From assembly GCA_017483185.1 (NCBI GenBank), contig JAFULM010000011.1, positions 9,240-73,239 of the forward strand: a stretch of 64,000 bases of DNA. Reading direction: 5' to 3'. Both the position numbers and the translations under genes were made by a program. Position 1 is the first letter of the stretch. Each line of letters begins with the position of its first letter. This document shows positions 37,732-46,664 of this stretch, piece by piece. Below the pieces are notes generated by a model, which saw only the letters and a program-made list of their open reading frames with translations, had not been told where the DNA came from and did no database searches. The DNA comes from Prevotella sp. Lineage in GTDB: Bacteria > Bacteroidota > Bacteroidia > Bacteroidales > Bacteroidaceae.

Positions 37732-39441
37732 ATGACCAACAGACTTTTATGCCTGTTCGGCGCGGCGGTTGTAGTCTGCTCGGCTGCGGCCCAGAGCGAC
37801 CGTCAGAAGACCGTCACGGTCACCGGTAGCATCCAGAGCGACATCCTCGTCCCCGAGGAGGACGCGAAGATCGGCACGGGCGACTATCGCGACGACGTGC
37901 TGACCAACACCTACGCCGAGGTGAACCTGCTGAGCAAGTATAACGACAACGAATATCTCGACGCCGGCCTCCGGTTGGAATATCTCGAGCATCCGCTGCC
38001 CGGATTTGACCGCAACTTCAAGGGCTGGGGACTGGGCAACGCCTACGTGCGTTTCCACATGAAGCGCGTCGAGGTGACGGCCGGCAACTTCTATGAGCAG
38101 TTCGGTTCCGGATTTATCCTCCGCACCTACGAGGAGCGCAGTCTCGGCATCGACAACTCCCTGCTCGGCGGCCGTGTGACCGTCACCCCCGTGGATGGCG
38201 TGACCATCAAGGCCCTCACCGGAAAACAGCGCAACTACTGGACCTACAACGACGCCCTCATCTCCGGTGCCGACGTGGAGATCGGACTGGAAAACTGGAT
38301 CCGTTCGTTCCGCGACAACGGCACATATCTGACCCTCGGCGCGTCGTTTGTCAACAAGCATGAGAAGGACGAGGTCATCCAGCTGGTCGAAGACCCGCGT
38401 TACCGCCTCAACCTGCCCGAGAATGTCAACGCCTTTGACGTCAGGGCACGCTTCCAGAAGGGCGGACTCAACGTTCTGGCCGAATACGCCCAGAAGTCTC
38501 AGGACCCCGTCTACGACAAGCTCTACCCCTACATCTACCGCAAAGGCTATGTGGCCATGCTTTCCGGCTCCTATTCGCAGCGCGGACTGAGCGTCCTGCT
38601 GCAGGCCAAGCGCAGTGACAACATGGCGTTCAAGAGCCGTCGCCGTCTCGACGAGGGCGCGCTGACGTCGTCGTTCATCAACCATCTGCCGGCCTTCACG
38701 CTCGACCACACCTACGCTCTGGCCGCCCTCTATCCCTATGCGACCAACGCCAACGGCGAGTGGGCCTATCAGGCGGAACTGGGATACAACTTCAAGAAGC
38801 GCACCGTGCTCGGCGGAAAATACGGCACGAAGGTCAAGGTCAACTACTCCCACGTGCACGGCATCAACCGCACCGACCGCGACGGCGCGATGACAGCCCC
38901 GGGCGGCTACGGCACCGACGGCTACGGCTCGGCGTTCTGGAAGTGGGGTGATGGCATGTACTATCAGGACCTCGACGTCCAGTTGGAGAAGAAGCTGACG
39001 AAGTCGTTCAAGCTCAATCTCATGTACATGAACCAGTTCTACAACCAGACCGTTGTCGAAGGCCACGGCGGCATGATCCATTCGGACATATTCGTCGCCG
39101 AAGGCAAATATCAGTTCAACCGCAAGTTTACCCTGCGCGGCGAGGCACAGTATCTCTCCACCGACCACGAGAGCGGCGACTGGGCCTTCGGACTGCTCGA
39201 GCTGTCTATACTCCCCCGCTTCATGGTCACGGTCAGCGACATGTACGGCCGTCCCGAAGTCGACGGAGCTTATCAGTCGCGTGAGCACTATTATTCCGGT
39301 TCGGTCACCTACGCCCACGGCGGCCATCGCCTTCAGGTGGGCTACGGACGTACGCGCGCCGGCTACAACTGCTCCGGCGGTGTGTGCCGATATGTCCCCG
39401 CGTCGAAGGGTGTCACCGTCTCTTATAACTATAATTTCTAA
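37732..39441 (+). CDS. Outer membrane beta-barrel protein (DUF6029-like)
   Basis: AGNFYEQFGSG, C-terminal RAGYNCSGGVCRYVPASKG and terminal Phe; exact start uncertain. Confidence 0.75.
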   Translation: MTNRLLCLFGAAVVVCSAAAQSDRQKTVTVTGSIQSDILVPEEDAKIGTGDYRDDVLTNTYAEVNLLSKYNDNEYLDAGLRLEYLEHPLPGFDRNFKGWGLGNAYVRFHMKRVEVTAGNFYEQFGSGFILRTYEERSLGIDNSLLGGRVTVTPVDGVTIKALTGKQRNYWTYNDALISGADVEIGLENWIRSFRDNGTYLTLGASFVNKHEKDEVIQLVEDPRYRLNLPENVNAFDVRARFQKGGLNVLAEYAQKSQDPVYDKLYPYIYRKGYVAMLSGSYSQRGLSVLLQAKRSDNMAFKSRRRLDEGALTSSFINHLPAFTLDHTYALAALYPYATNANGEWAYQAELGYNFKKRTVLGGKYGTKVKVNYSHVHGINRTDRDGAMTAPGGYGTDGYGSAFWKWGDGMYYQDLDVQLEKKLTKSFKLNLMYMNQFYNQTVVEGHGGMIHSDIFVAEGKYQFNRKFTLRGEAQYLSTDHESGDWAFGLLELSILPRFMVTVSDMYGRPEVDGAYQSREHYYSGSVTYAHGGHRLQVGYGRTRAGYNCSGGVCRYVPASKGVTVSYNYNF

Positions 39442-39461
39442 GCCGACAGGCCAAATCCATT

Positions 39462-40334
39462 ATGAAGATGAAGATCAGAAACGTTATATATGCCTTGGCC
39501 TGCGCCGTCATGACGCTGGCCTCATGTGATACGGTGGACAAGAACGACCGCTATCTGTCCTACGACGACGGCCTCGGCGGCATCACCGACGGCACGGACG
39601 ACAGCGGCCGACCCACGTCGGTCCAGCGCGCCGTGCTCATCGAGGACTTCACGGGCCAGATGTGTGTCAACTGTCCCAATGCCGTCCCTGTCATCGAGGG
39701 ATTGGAGCGCATTTATCCCGGCAAGATAGTCGCCGTGGCGATACACGCGGGAATGGTGCTCCCGCCCGCTCTCGGCAATCTCGCCTTGCAGACCGAGGTC
39801 GGCGAACAATACTACAATGACGCCGGCCGTCCCGCACAGCCGGCCGGCCGCATAGGCCGCGTCGGCGGTACGTCTCTGCCCGACAAGTGGGCCGCCGGCG
39901 CACAGGATGTTCTGCGCCAGCAGTCGCCCGTGTGGCTCGGTGTCAATAGCGCATACGACGCTGCCACCCGCAAGGTGAACATCGCCGTCGAGGCCTATGG
40001 CATTGAGGCTGCTTCCGGCAATCTGCAGATCTGGCTCACTGAAGACGGCATCGTCGCTCCGCAATTTCTCCCGGACGGCGGCCGCGACATGAACTACGTC
40101 CACAACCATGTCTTCCGCGCCGCGGTCAACGGAGCCTATGGCGAGTCGTTTGCCATCGCGAAGGGCGAGGACAAGACTGTCACGGCCGAAGCGACGTTGG
40201 CCGACCACTGGAATGTGGACAACATGTCGGTAGTCGCGTTCGTATATGATGCCTCCGGCGTCCTGCATGTCGTCAAACAGCCGGTGATTCCGGAACCGGA
40301 CGAGACAGAGGATGCAGATGAATCAGTAGAATAA
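39462..40334 (+). CDS. Omp28-family lipoprotein
   Basis: Lipobox LASC; VLIEDFTGQMCVNCP, YVHNHVFRA, VVAFVY. Confidence 0.85.
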   Translation: MKMKIRNVIYALACAVMTLASCDTVDKNDRYLSYDDGLGGITDGTDDSGRPTSVQRAVLIEDFTGQMCVNCPNAVPVIEGLERIYPGKIVAVAIHAGMVLPPALGNLALQTEVGEQYYNDAGRPAQPAGRIGRVGGTSLPDKWAAGAQDVLRQQSPVWLGVNSAYDAATRKVNIAVEAYGIEAASGNLQIWLTEDGIVAPQFLPDGGRDMNYVHNHVFRAAVNGAYGESFAIAKGEDKTVTAEATLADHWNVDNMSVVAFVYDASGVLHVVKQPVIPEPDETEDADESVE

Positions 40335-40359
40335 TAATATATAATAAAGGATATAGAAT

Positions 40360-41046
40360 ATGAGGATTTTAACCCGAACATTATTTTTACTTGCGGCGCT
40401 GATTGCATGGAGCACAGGCGCAAGTGCACAGGTGGACAATACGTTCCGCTTCGTGGACAACAAGACCGGCAACGTGATTCCCGACGGCGGTACTTATACG
40501 ACCTTGGCCGAACTGATAGACAAGATGCCGGAGTTCCCCGGTGTTGTAATGTCGCTCGAAGCCCCCTTCGATATCTCCGTGGAGAACACCACGGGTACAG
40601 CCGCCTTTGTTGCGGCAGAGCTCATCACCGAGCAGATGACCAACGGACGCATCCGCTGCTGCTTCCCTGTCGACTGTCAGGATCCCATGCCGGAGGAATA
40701 TGTGACCGGTACCGGTGCTATTAACGGAGGCACAATGAAGAAGTTGGAGACAGAGTGGTTTCCCGTGGAGGGCGAATACGGCACGGCCAAAGTGACCATT
40801 CAGCTTAGCTTGATGGCAGAAAATCCGTTGCTGCCCGGCAACTATGAATGGGTTGCCTATGGTCCGAAGATCACCGTCAACTGCGTCTATGCAGACCCCG
40901 CAGGCATCAATGACGCCACACGAGTCGACACAATGACCGAAACGGCACGCTACGGACTCGACGGCCGCAAGCTGACCGCGCCTTCTCGCGGCATCAACAT
41001 CGTCAAGATGGCCGACGGAACGGTGCGTAAGATATTGGAAAAATAA
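40360..41046 (+). CDS. Small secreted protein with T9SS-type C-terminal domain
   Basis: Signal peptide; RYGLDGRKL...RGINIVKMADGTVRKIL. Confidence 0.8.
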   Translation: MRILTRTLFLLAALIAWSTGASAQVDNTFRFVDNKTGNVIPDGGTYTTLAELIDKMPEFPGVVMSLEAPFDISVENTTGTAAFVAAELITEQMTNGRIRCCFPVDCQDPMPEEYVTGTGAINGGTMKKLETEWFPVEGEYGTAKVTIQLSLMAENPLLPGNYEWVAYGPKITVNCVYADPAGINDATRVDTMTETARYGLDGRKLTAPSRGINIVKMADGTVRKILEK

Positions 41047-41068
41047 ACTAATTAATGGTTATTAGAAT

Positions 41069-43075
41069 ATGGTAAGAAGATTACTCTTTTGCGTGGCGCT
41101 GTTGGCTTGCTTCTTCGGCGCTGGTGCGCAGGTGCAACGTGTGGCCGATAACGTAGGCCCGTGGGTTAAGTGCGATCGGCCGTTGGGCTTTCCGGCAGTC
41201 GGCTTCAGTGGCGTGAACGTTCCTCTGAAGGCTGCGTCGCTCGACGGAACGACCCTTTGGGGCTATTATATGGGCGATATGGGCGGCCTGTCCGGTCTCG
41301 GCGTCTCTCAGCCCACGACCTATTGGGTGGGCTATTATGTCGAGTCCAATGACATATTGAAAGGCGGAAGCATCAGCGGAGTCAACGTCCCGCTGTTCAC
41401 TACCGACAATATGACGGACTTCAGTGTGTGGATATCCAAGAACCTTTCCACCTACGATGTGTCTCAGGACGTGCCGATGGAGAACCTCAAGGGCGGCGCT
41501 TACAACGCCATCGCGTTGGACGAGCCTTATGCAATCCCCGAGACGGGTGTGTATGTGGGTGTGAAATTCACCATCAGTAAGGTTGTCACGCAAGGTGATG
41601 CTTATCCCGTTCTGACGTCAGACAATGCTTACGACATGTCGCTCATAATGAAGACGAACGTGCAGGGAACGACATCGTGGGGCAACTACAGCTCGTCCTA
41701 TGGCTCATTCGGTATGCAGCTCTTCCTCTCCGGCATCAATCAGCCGGCAGTGTCCGCACATGTCGGCGCAACGACGACCGCAGTGTCTTTGTCAGGAGCG
41801 GATGCAACAATCCGTGCGCTACTGCTCAGCAACGGTAAGGATGACATCAGCTCGATTGACTATAACGTGGAGATCAACGGCACAACGACATCCTATCATA
41901 AGGATTTCACACCGTCAGTGGCCGGTGGTTTCAACTCTGTCAATGAGGTGGAACTGACGTTCAAGGCTCCCGAGGCGATTCTTTCATATACAGCCAACCT
42001 CAACATCGAGAAGATCAACGGTATCGCCAATCCCGAAAGCAATCAGACGGCGATAGTCAACGGTAAGGTCGTCTCGCGCATGGCAGAACGTAAGACCGTC
42101 GTCGAGGAGTTCACCGGAACAGGTTGCGGATGGTGTCCGCGCGGTTGGGTAGGCATGGAGACGCTGAAGAAGGAGCAGCCGAATTTCATCGGAATAGCCC
42201 TCCACCTCTACAACACCAACGACCCCATGTATCTGGCAACTTACTATCGTACGGACAAACTCGGCCTTCTGGGCGCACCGTCATGTGCTTTGGACCGCAA
42301 TCTGGTTGGTCTCGACCCGTATTACGGCACCGGCAGATATATAACGGAAGACTTCAAATATTGCAACGCCATCCTTCCCGACGTCGTTGTGGATGTGACC
42401 GGCGGATTCAATGAGGATAGTACGATGGTCAATGTGAAGTCCGACATCGAGTATCTCATGGACGGAAGCAAGTACAGCGTGGCCTATGTCCTCACGGCAG
42501 ACAGCCTGAAGGGCACCACAACGTCATGGCGGCAGACCAACTATTATGTAGAAGCGACGGCTGCCGATGTAGACTACGACCCGATGCTGATCCCGTTCTG
42601 CTCAGGCGGAGAGTACGGATCGTCATACGTCTATCTGACATTCAACGATGTCATGATCGGAAGTTCGTACAGTGCAATGACGTTCAACCGCTTCACGGGA
42701 GCCATCACCGGTGGCGGTGAAAATAAGGCTGACGCGCTGACAGGCGGCGAAAAGGCCGGCGACAAGGAGACCAACAGCTACGTGTTGTCGATGCCGACCA
42801 AGTCGACGCTTAAAGCTGCCGTACGCAAAGATGAAGTCTATGTTGTCGCTCTGGTTATCGCCGAAGACGGCACCATCGCCAACGCCGCCCGCGCCAAGGT
42901 CATGAGCTATGACGACTATACTGCTGCCAGAATCGGCTCTGTCAAGGACGATGTCGCTCCTGCTACGGAAGTGGCTCGCTACACTCTCAACGGCGTGAAA
43001 CTGACGGTTCCTCAGAAGGGCGTCAACATTGTCAAGATGAGCAACGGCGAAGTACGCAAGGTGGTAGTACGTTAA
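41069..43075 (+). CDS. Omp28-related secreted protein with T9SS-type C-terminal domain
   Basis: VVEEFTGTGCGWCPRG; C-terminal RYTLNG...KGVNIVKMSNGEVRKVVVR. Confidence 0.82.
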   Translation: MVRRLLFCVALLACFFGAGAQVQRVADNVGPWVKCDRPLGFPAVGFSGVNVPLKAASLDGTTLWGYYMGDMGGLSGLGVSQPTTYWVGYYVESNDILKGGSISGVNVPLFTTDNMTDFSVWISKNLSTYDVSQDVPMENLKGGAYNAIALDEPYAIPETGVYVGVKFTISKVVTQGDAYPVLTSDNAYDMSLIMKTNVQGTTSWGNYSSSYGSFGMQLFLSGINQPAVSAHVGATTTAVSLSGADATIRALLLSNGKDDISSIDYNVEINGTTTSYHKDFTPSVAGGFNSVNEVELTFKAPEAILSYTANLNIEKINGIANPESNQTAIVNGKVVSRMAERKTVVEEFTGTGCGWCPRGWVGMETLKKEQPNFIGIALHLYNTNDPMYLATYYRTDKLGLLGAPSCALDRNLVGLDPYYGTGRYITEDFKYCNAILPDVVVDVTGGFNEDSTMVNVKSDIEYLMDGSKYSVAYVLTADSLKGTTTSWRQTNYYVEATAADVDYDPMLIPFCSGGEYGSSYVYLTFNDVMIGSSYSAMTFNRFTGAITGGGENKADALTGGEKAGDKETNSYVLSMPTKSTLKAAVRKDEVYVVALVIAEDGTIANAARAKVMSYDDYTAARIGSVKDDVAPATEVARYTLNGVKLTVPQKGVNIVKMSNGEVRKVVVR

Positions 43076-43093
43076 TCTAAGAAGTAAAGAATT

Positions 43094-43137
43094 AAAAAGG
43101 AGCTATCGCGACCTGTGGTCGCGATAGCTCCTTTTTT
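43094..43137 (+). terminator. Intrinsic terminator
   Basis: aaaaaggagctatcgcgacc-tgt-ggtcgcgatagctccttttt. Confidence 0.88.
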
Positions 43138-43330
43138 GCTTTTTGGAGATTGTCTGCCGGCTATGGTCGGACAATAAAAAAAGGAAGTGTTGACAGCAGG
43201 ACATCAGCGGATTATGATAATGTTCAGTGCGTTTCTTTTTAATATTTACAAGTATTAATATTATTACCTTTGATGTAGCGGATGGTATTATTTTGGTTAT
43301 CTTTGTGCCCCAAAGAATATATATGAAAAA

Positions 43331-43667
43331 GTAGTCTTTACTGTAGATACGTTTGAAAAATTACAGAAGGAGGTGGCAGAAACATTACGTTTCCATATAG
43401 ATGGCATGCTGAGTGACGGAGACGATGTTCCGCAGTGGCTTGTCAATGGCGATTATGAGTTTGAGTATTCATACCTTGATGTAGCCACCCTTCTAAAAGC
43501 GTGTGAGTCCTTATGCTTCGTTGGCTGCTATCAGTCGCGCCTCCGGCATTAATCAGCATCAACTCAGCCATTATGCCAATGGAATGAAGTTGTCTCGTCC
43601 GCAACAGCGGCAACGGATAATAGACGGTATTCATACTATAGGCAGACAACTTATAGATATTGTATGA
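43331..43667 (+). pseudogene. HicB-like antitoxin pseudogene (5' truncated, frameshifted)
   Basis: First frame VVFTVDTFEKLQKEVAETLRFHIDGMLSDGDDVPQWLVNGDYEFEY...; after a shift near 43508, YASLAAISRASGINQHQLSHYANGMK...RIIDGIHTIGRQL. Confidence 0.75.
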
Positions 43668-43848
43668 CAGTTTAAATGAGTAAGGATATCCTCGGAACTT
43701 CTATGTTTCGGGGCAGTTTTTACGTGCAATTTTGCGATTAAATTAATCACCAAATTGATAATAAAAAAATATATTTATCGTTTAATTAATAACGAATTTA
43801 ATAATAAATAGCTATATTTGCATCATAGAAACAAGTAAGGACTGCATT

Positions 43849-44145
43849 ATGAATACGAATCACAGAAAATCGAAATCTCTCAAGAGTACACATCCTATCG
43901 TAGGCAAATCAAATGCTTCAAAAGGAGTTGCCGTTCGTTGTGTTGCCAGTTCTTCTCCATCTGTAAGGATTAGTAGACATCCAGTGCTAAAGGGAATAGG
44001 TAGTCTGGGAACAGTAGGAAGCCGTATATCTTATTATAAGGCATATCTTATGAGTAGCAATGCGAAAGACACAGCCAATGATTGGATGTGTGTAGGAACG
44101 TCTATAAAAATTTCAATATCACAAATTAATAAAGAATTGTTTTAG
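43849..44145 (+). CDS. Hypothetical protein (AT-rich accessory gene)
   Basis: 98-aa ORF with its own TATATTTG promoter element upstream. Confidence 0.55.
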   Translation: MNTNHRKSKSLKSTHPIVGKSNASKGVAVRCVASSSPSVRISRHPVLKGIGSLGTVGSRISYYKAYLMSSNAKDTANDWMCVGTSIKISISQINKELF

Positions 44146-44167
44146 ATGCCAAAGGACTTCTATGTTT

Positions 44168-44215
44168 TGAACTGCACCCCAAAAGTTTTGTGTCTAACTT
44201 TTGGGGTGCAGTTCA
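44168..44215. mobile_element. 48-bp miniature IS-end element (IS3-like TG...CA ends) with 4-bp target duplication
   Basis: gttt-[TGAACTGCACCCCAAAAGTT ttgtgtct AACTTTTGGGGTGCAGTTCA]-gttt; related empty site acttctatgtttcggggc near 43697. Confidence 0.8.
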
Positions 44216-44239
44216 GTTTCGGGGCTTTTCTTTTATTTT

Positions 44240-44265
44240 CCCCGCCGTTTTCTTTGCCATCCCGA
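44240..44265 (+). repeat. Cassette-boundary motif CCCCGCCGTTTTCTTTGCCATCCCGA (copy 1 of 4)
   Basis: Also at 45076-45100, 62616-62637 (shorter) and 63472-63497. Confidence 0.85.
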
Positions 44266-44379
44266 ATGTTTCTATTATGTTAAATAGTAGAAAATTTACC
44301 ATTATTTTCTTGAAAAAGTTTTGTAAATAATAGAAATTTTGCTATCTTTGCATTGTCAAATAACAAATACAGCAAAAAA

Positions 44380-44559
44380 ATGAAGAGCAAAGAACTGCAT
44401 CGAAGATTTATCAAGGCCGGTTACCGATTCGACCATGCGGAGGGAAGTCACTACTTCTACATCAAGGATGGACAGTTAACCGAACCAATCCCGTATCACG
44501 GGTCAAAAGAAATGTTCCAACCACTTGCAAACAAACTGATTAAAAAGTACGGAGTGTAA
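44380..44559 (+). CDS. hicA: HicA-family toxin (second copy)
   Basis: Differs from 31718-31897 by one residue (KSKE vs KSSE); start reassigned to ATG 44380. Confidence 0.88.
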   Translation: MKSKELHRRFIKAGYRFDHAEGSHYFYIKDGQLTEPIPYHGSKEMFQPLANKLIKKYGV

Positions 44560-44612
44560 AAGCTCCGTACTATGAAACAAAATAAAGTCTAACCCCAAAG
44601 AACCAAAGAGTC

Positions 44613-45011
44613 ATGGAAAAGATTATAATGATTGTAGGAGCATCAAAGGATATGTTAAACGCATATTCAGACAATTGCGACGGTATTTATGCTGGAGGTG
44701 ATACCATTGAGGAGGTTAAAGCAGATACCGAGGAGGCAATACGTTTAATCAAGAAGAATTTGCCTGAAGACAGATGGCCGGAACAAATCAAGGGTGACTA
44801 TGAAATAGAATGGCGATTCGACGTTCAAAGTTTTCTTGAGTATTACTCAGGTTTTATGTCTCTTGCCGGTATGGAGAAGATGACAGGTATCAATCAGAAG
44901 CAACTGTCCAATTATCTCAATCATCGTGCCGTACCTCGTAGAAAACAAGCTGATCGCATTCTTACGGGTATTCATCGTTTTGCACAAGAACTGTTGAGTA
45001 TAACACTCTGA
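44613..45011 (+). CDS. hicB: HicB-family antitoxin (second copy)
   Basis: Differs from 31951-32349 by one residue (DTEE vs DTAE). Confidence 0.88.
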   Translation: MEKIIMIVGASKDMLNAYSDNCDGIYAGGDTIEEVKADTEEAIRLIKKNLPEDRWPEQIKGDYEIEWRFDVQSFLEYYSGFMSLAGMEKMTGINQKQLSNYLNHRAVPRRKQADRILTGIHRFAQELLSITL

Positions 45012-45250
45012 TTTGTTATTTGACAACGACAATCGGTGTTGCCGGAGTAGAAATACTCCGGCTTTTCTTTTATTTCCCCGCCGTTTTTTTGCCATCCCGA
45101 TTTTTCTCATTACCTTTGTCACAATCAGATAGATTTATTTAGGCTTGGGGTTTGAGGCGCATATCGAATCTTAGGCTAAATTATAAAAACAGCTGTTGCG
45201 AGTTCATGCAGAAGGGATGCGCCCCTGATGCGTGAACTCTTTTAGTATTT

Positions 45251-45679
45251 ATGAAAAAGATATTGATAGTATTATTGTCTGTTCTTTTCTCTATTTTGGG
45301 TATTAAAGCTCAGAATTTACCACAGAAGAGGCCTGTATATTGTAATGTTATGGGATATAACTTTTGGGGATTCGGCAAAGTGAAAGTACAGCTTGATATG
45401 GGGCGTAAAACAGATATAAAAGGTTTTGACGCTTTATATGGAGAAGATGGAAAGAAGTTGAAATTTAATACGATGATGCAGGTCCTTAATTATATGGGAG
45501 AGCGAGGATGGAGGGTTGTTAACACCTATTATATAACAGAGTCTTCGAAACAGAATGTTATACATTATTTGCTTGAAAAATGGATTTCTTCAGAAGATGA
45601 GATAACAGAAGGTCTGATTTTAAAAGAAGAAAACTCTAAACCATATAAACCGGGAGAGGGAGGTGATGATATGTATTAA
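45251..45679 (+). CDS. Exported hypothetical protein (gene X)
   Basis: Signal peptide; KFNTMMQVLNYMGERGWRVV motif; near-identical second copy at 63648. Confidence 0.8.
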   Translation: MKKILIVLLSVLFSILGIKAQNLPQKRPVYCNVMGYNFWGFGKVKVQLDMGRKTDIKGFDALYGEDGKKLKFNTMMQVLNYMGERGWRVVNTYYITESSKQNVIHYLLEKWISSEDEITEGLILKEENSKPYKPGEGGDDMY

Positions 45680-45806
45680 CAAAAGGAAAAACTTATAAAA
45701 CGAAATCTTATAATTTATATATAATCCGCTGAGCCCCGACTTCTGTCCGACCATTTCCGTGCGACCAAAAACAAAGGGGCTGAAAATCAGCCCCTTGCTT
45801 TTGATT

Positions 45807-45823
45807 TGGTCGGGATGACAAGA
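45807..45823 (-). other. tRNA 3'-end fragment (tRNA-Pro-like), candidate att core
   Basis: Minus strand reads TCTTGTCATCCCGACCA followed by terminator hairpin aaggggctgattttcagcccctt; remainder of tRNA absent. Confidence 0.55.
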
Positions 45824-45889
45824 AAATTCTGGGCTGTACTTTTTCTCGCAAACACCATGTAACCGTATCACATTTCTTTACTTATTATA

Positions 45890-46321
45890 CTAATTGTCCG
45901 AAAACCGTCCGATTTTAAAGAGAGTATTGATGCGTTCGGACAGTTGCTCATTAATCTTTTTTAAGTCTTCAATCCGGGCATCTTTCTCTTTGATGACCAT
46001 TTTTAGAGCTTCATTTTCAGATACTGTTCTGTAATCTGTACCGACTACAGAGCTATTAACGATATTGTCGTTTCCTACTACGGAGGGAATGTTCCCATTG
46101 ATATCAGTAGCGGTAAATAGGCTGTCAATGGGTATATTCAGGATTGAACATATACGGACCAGAGTACTGCACTTCACATCTGGTTTTATTGCAAAGTACT
46201 TGAAGTTTCTGTGAGTCTCAGCTCCCCATAGACGTTTGCAAAAGTCGCGCTCGGTCATTCCCTTCAGTTTCAAGAGATACCGCAGCCTGTCTATGTTTAA
46301 TGTATTGTAGATATATCCCAT
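45890..46321 (-). CDS. XRE-like HTH repressor with C-terminal coiled coil
   Basis: RLRYLLKLKGMT...STLVRICSILNIPIDSLF; divergent from the early operon. Confidence 0.7.
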   Translation of the reverse strand: MGYIYNTLNIDRLRYLLKLKGMTERDFCKRLWGAETHRNFKYFAIKPDVKCSTLVRICSILNIPIDSLFTATDINGNIPSVVGNDNIVNSSVVGTDYRTVSENEALKMVIKEKDARIEDLKKINEQLSERINTLFKIGRFSDN

Positions 46322-46451
46322 AGGTATTGTTAATATTAGTTATAAACCCCACTAAAGGAATAAAAATGCTCCAACCAAAGTGAGATACACAATTTTTTAT
46401 CGTATATTTGCACGCAAAATTAACGATTAATATTGAAAATACAAAACCCAG

Positions 46452-46664
46452 ATGGAGACAATCGAAAAAATAGACGTACGGGATTACTACAGCTGTCTGA
46501 CCAAGAAAGAGAAGAGTAAACTACTTGAATATCTTATGGTCAAGTACGGTTATAATTACACGACAATTCGGGTAAAACTAACTGGAGTGCGGGCCCGTCT
46601 CAAGAGGAACGAAGAGCTTGACGTGCAAGAAGCGATAAACAACGAGAGTATATGGAGGCGATAG
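46452..46664 (+). CDS. Small Cro-position hypothetical protein
   Basis: First gene of the rightward operon after a TATATTTG promoter; 70 aa. Confidence 0.65.
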   Translation: METIEKIDVRDYYSCLTKKEKSKLLEYLMVKYGYNYTTIRVKLTGVRARLKRNEELDVQEAINNESIWRR

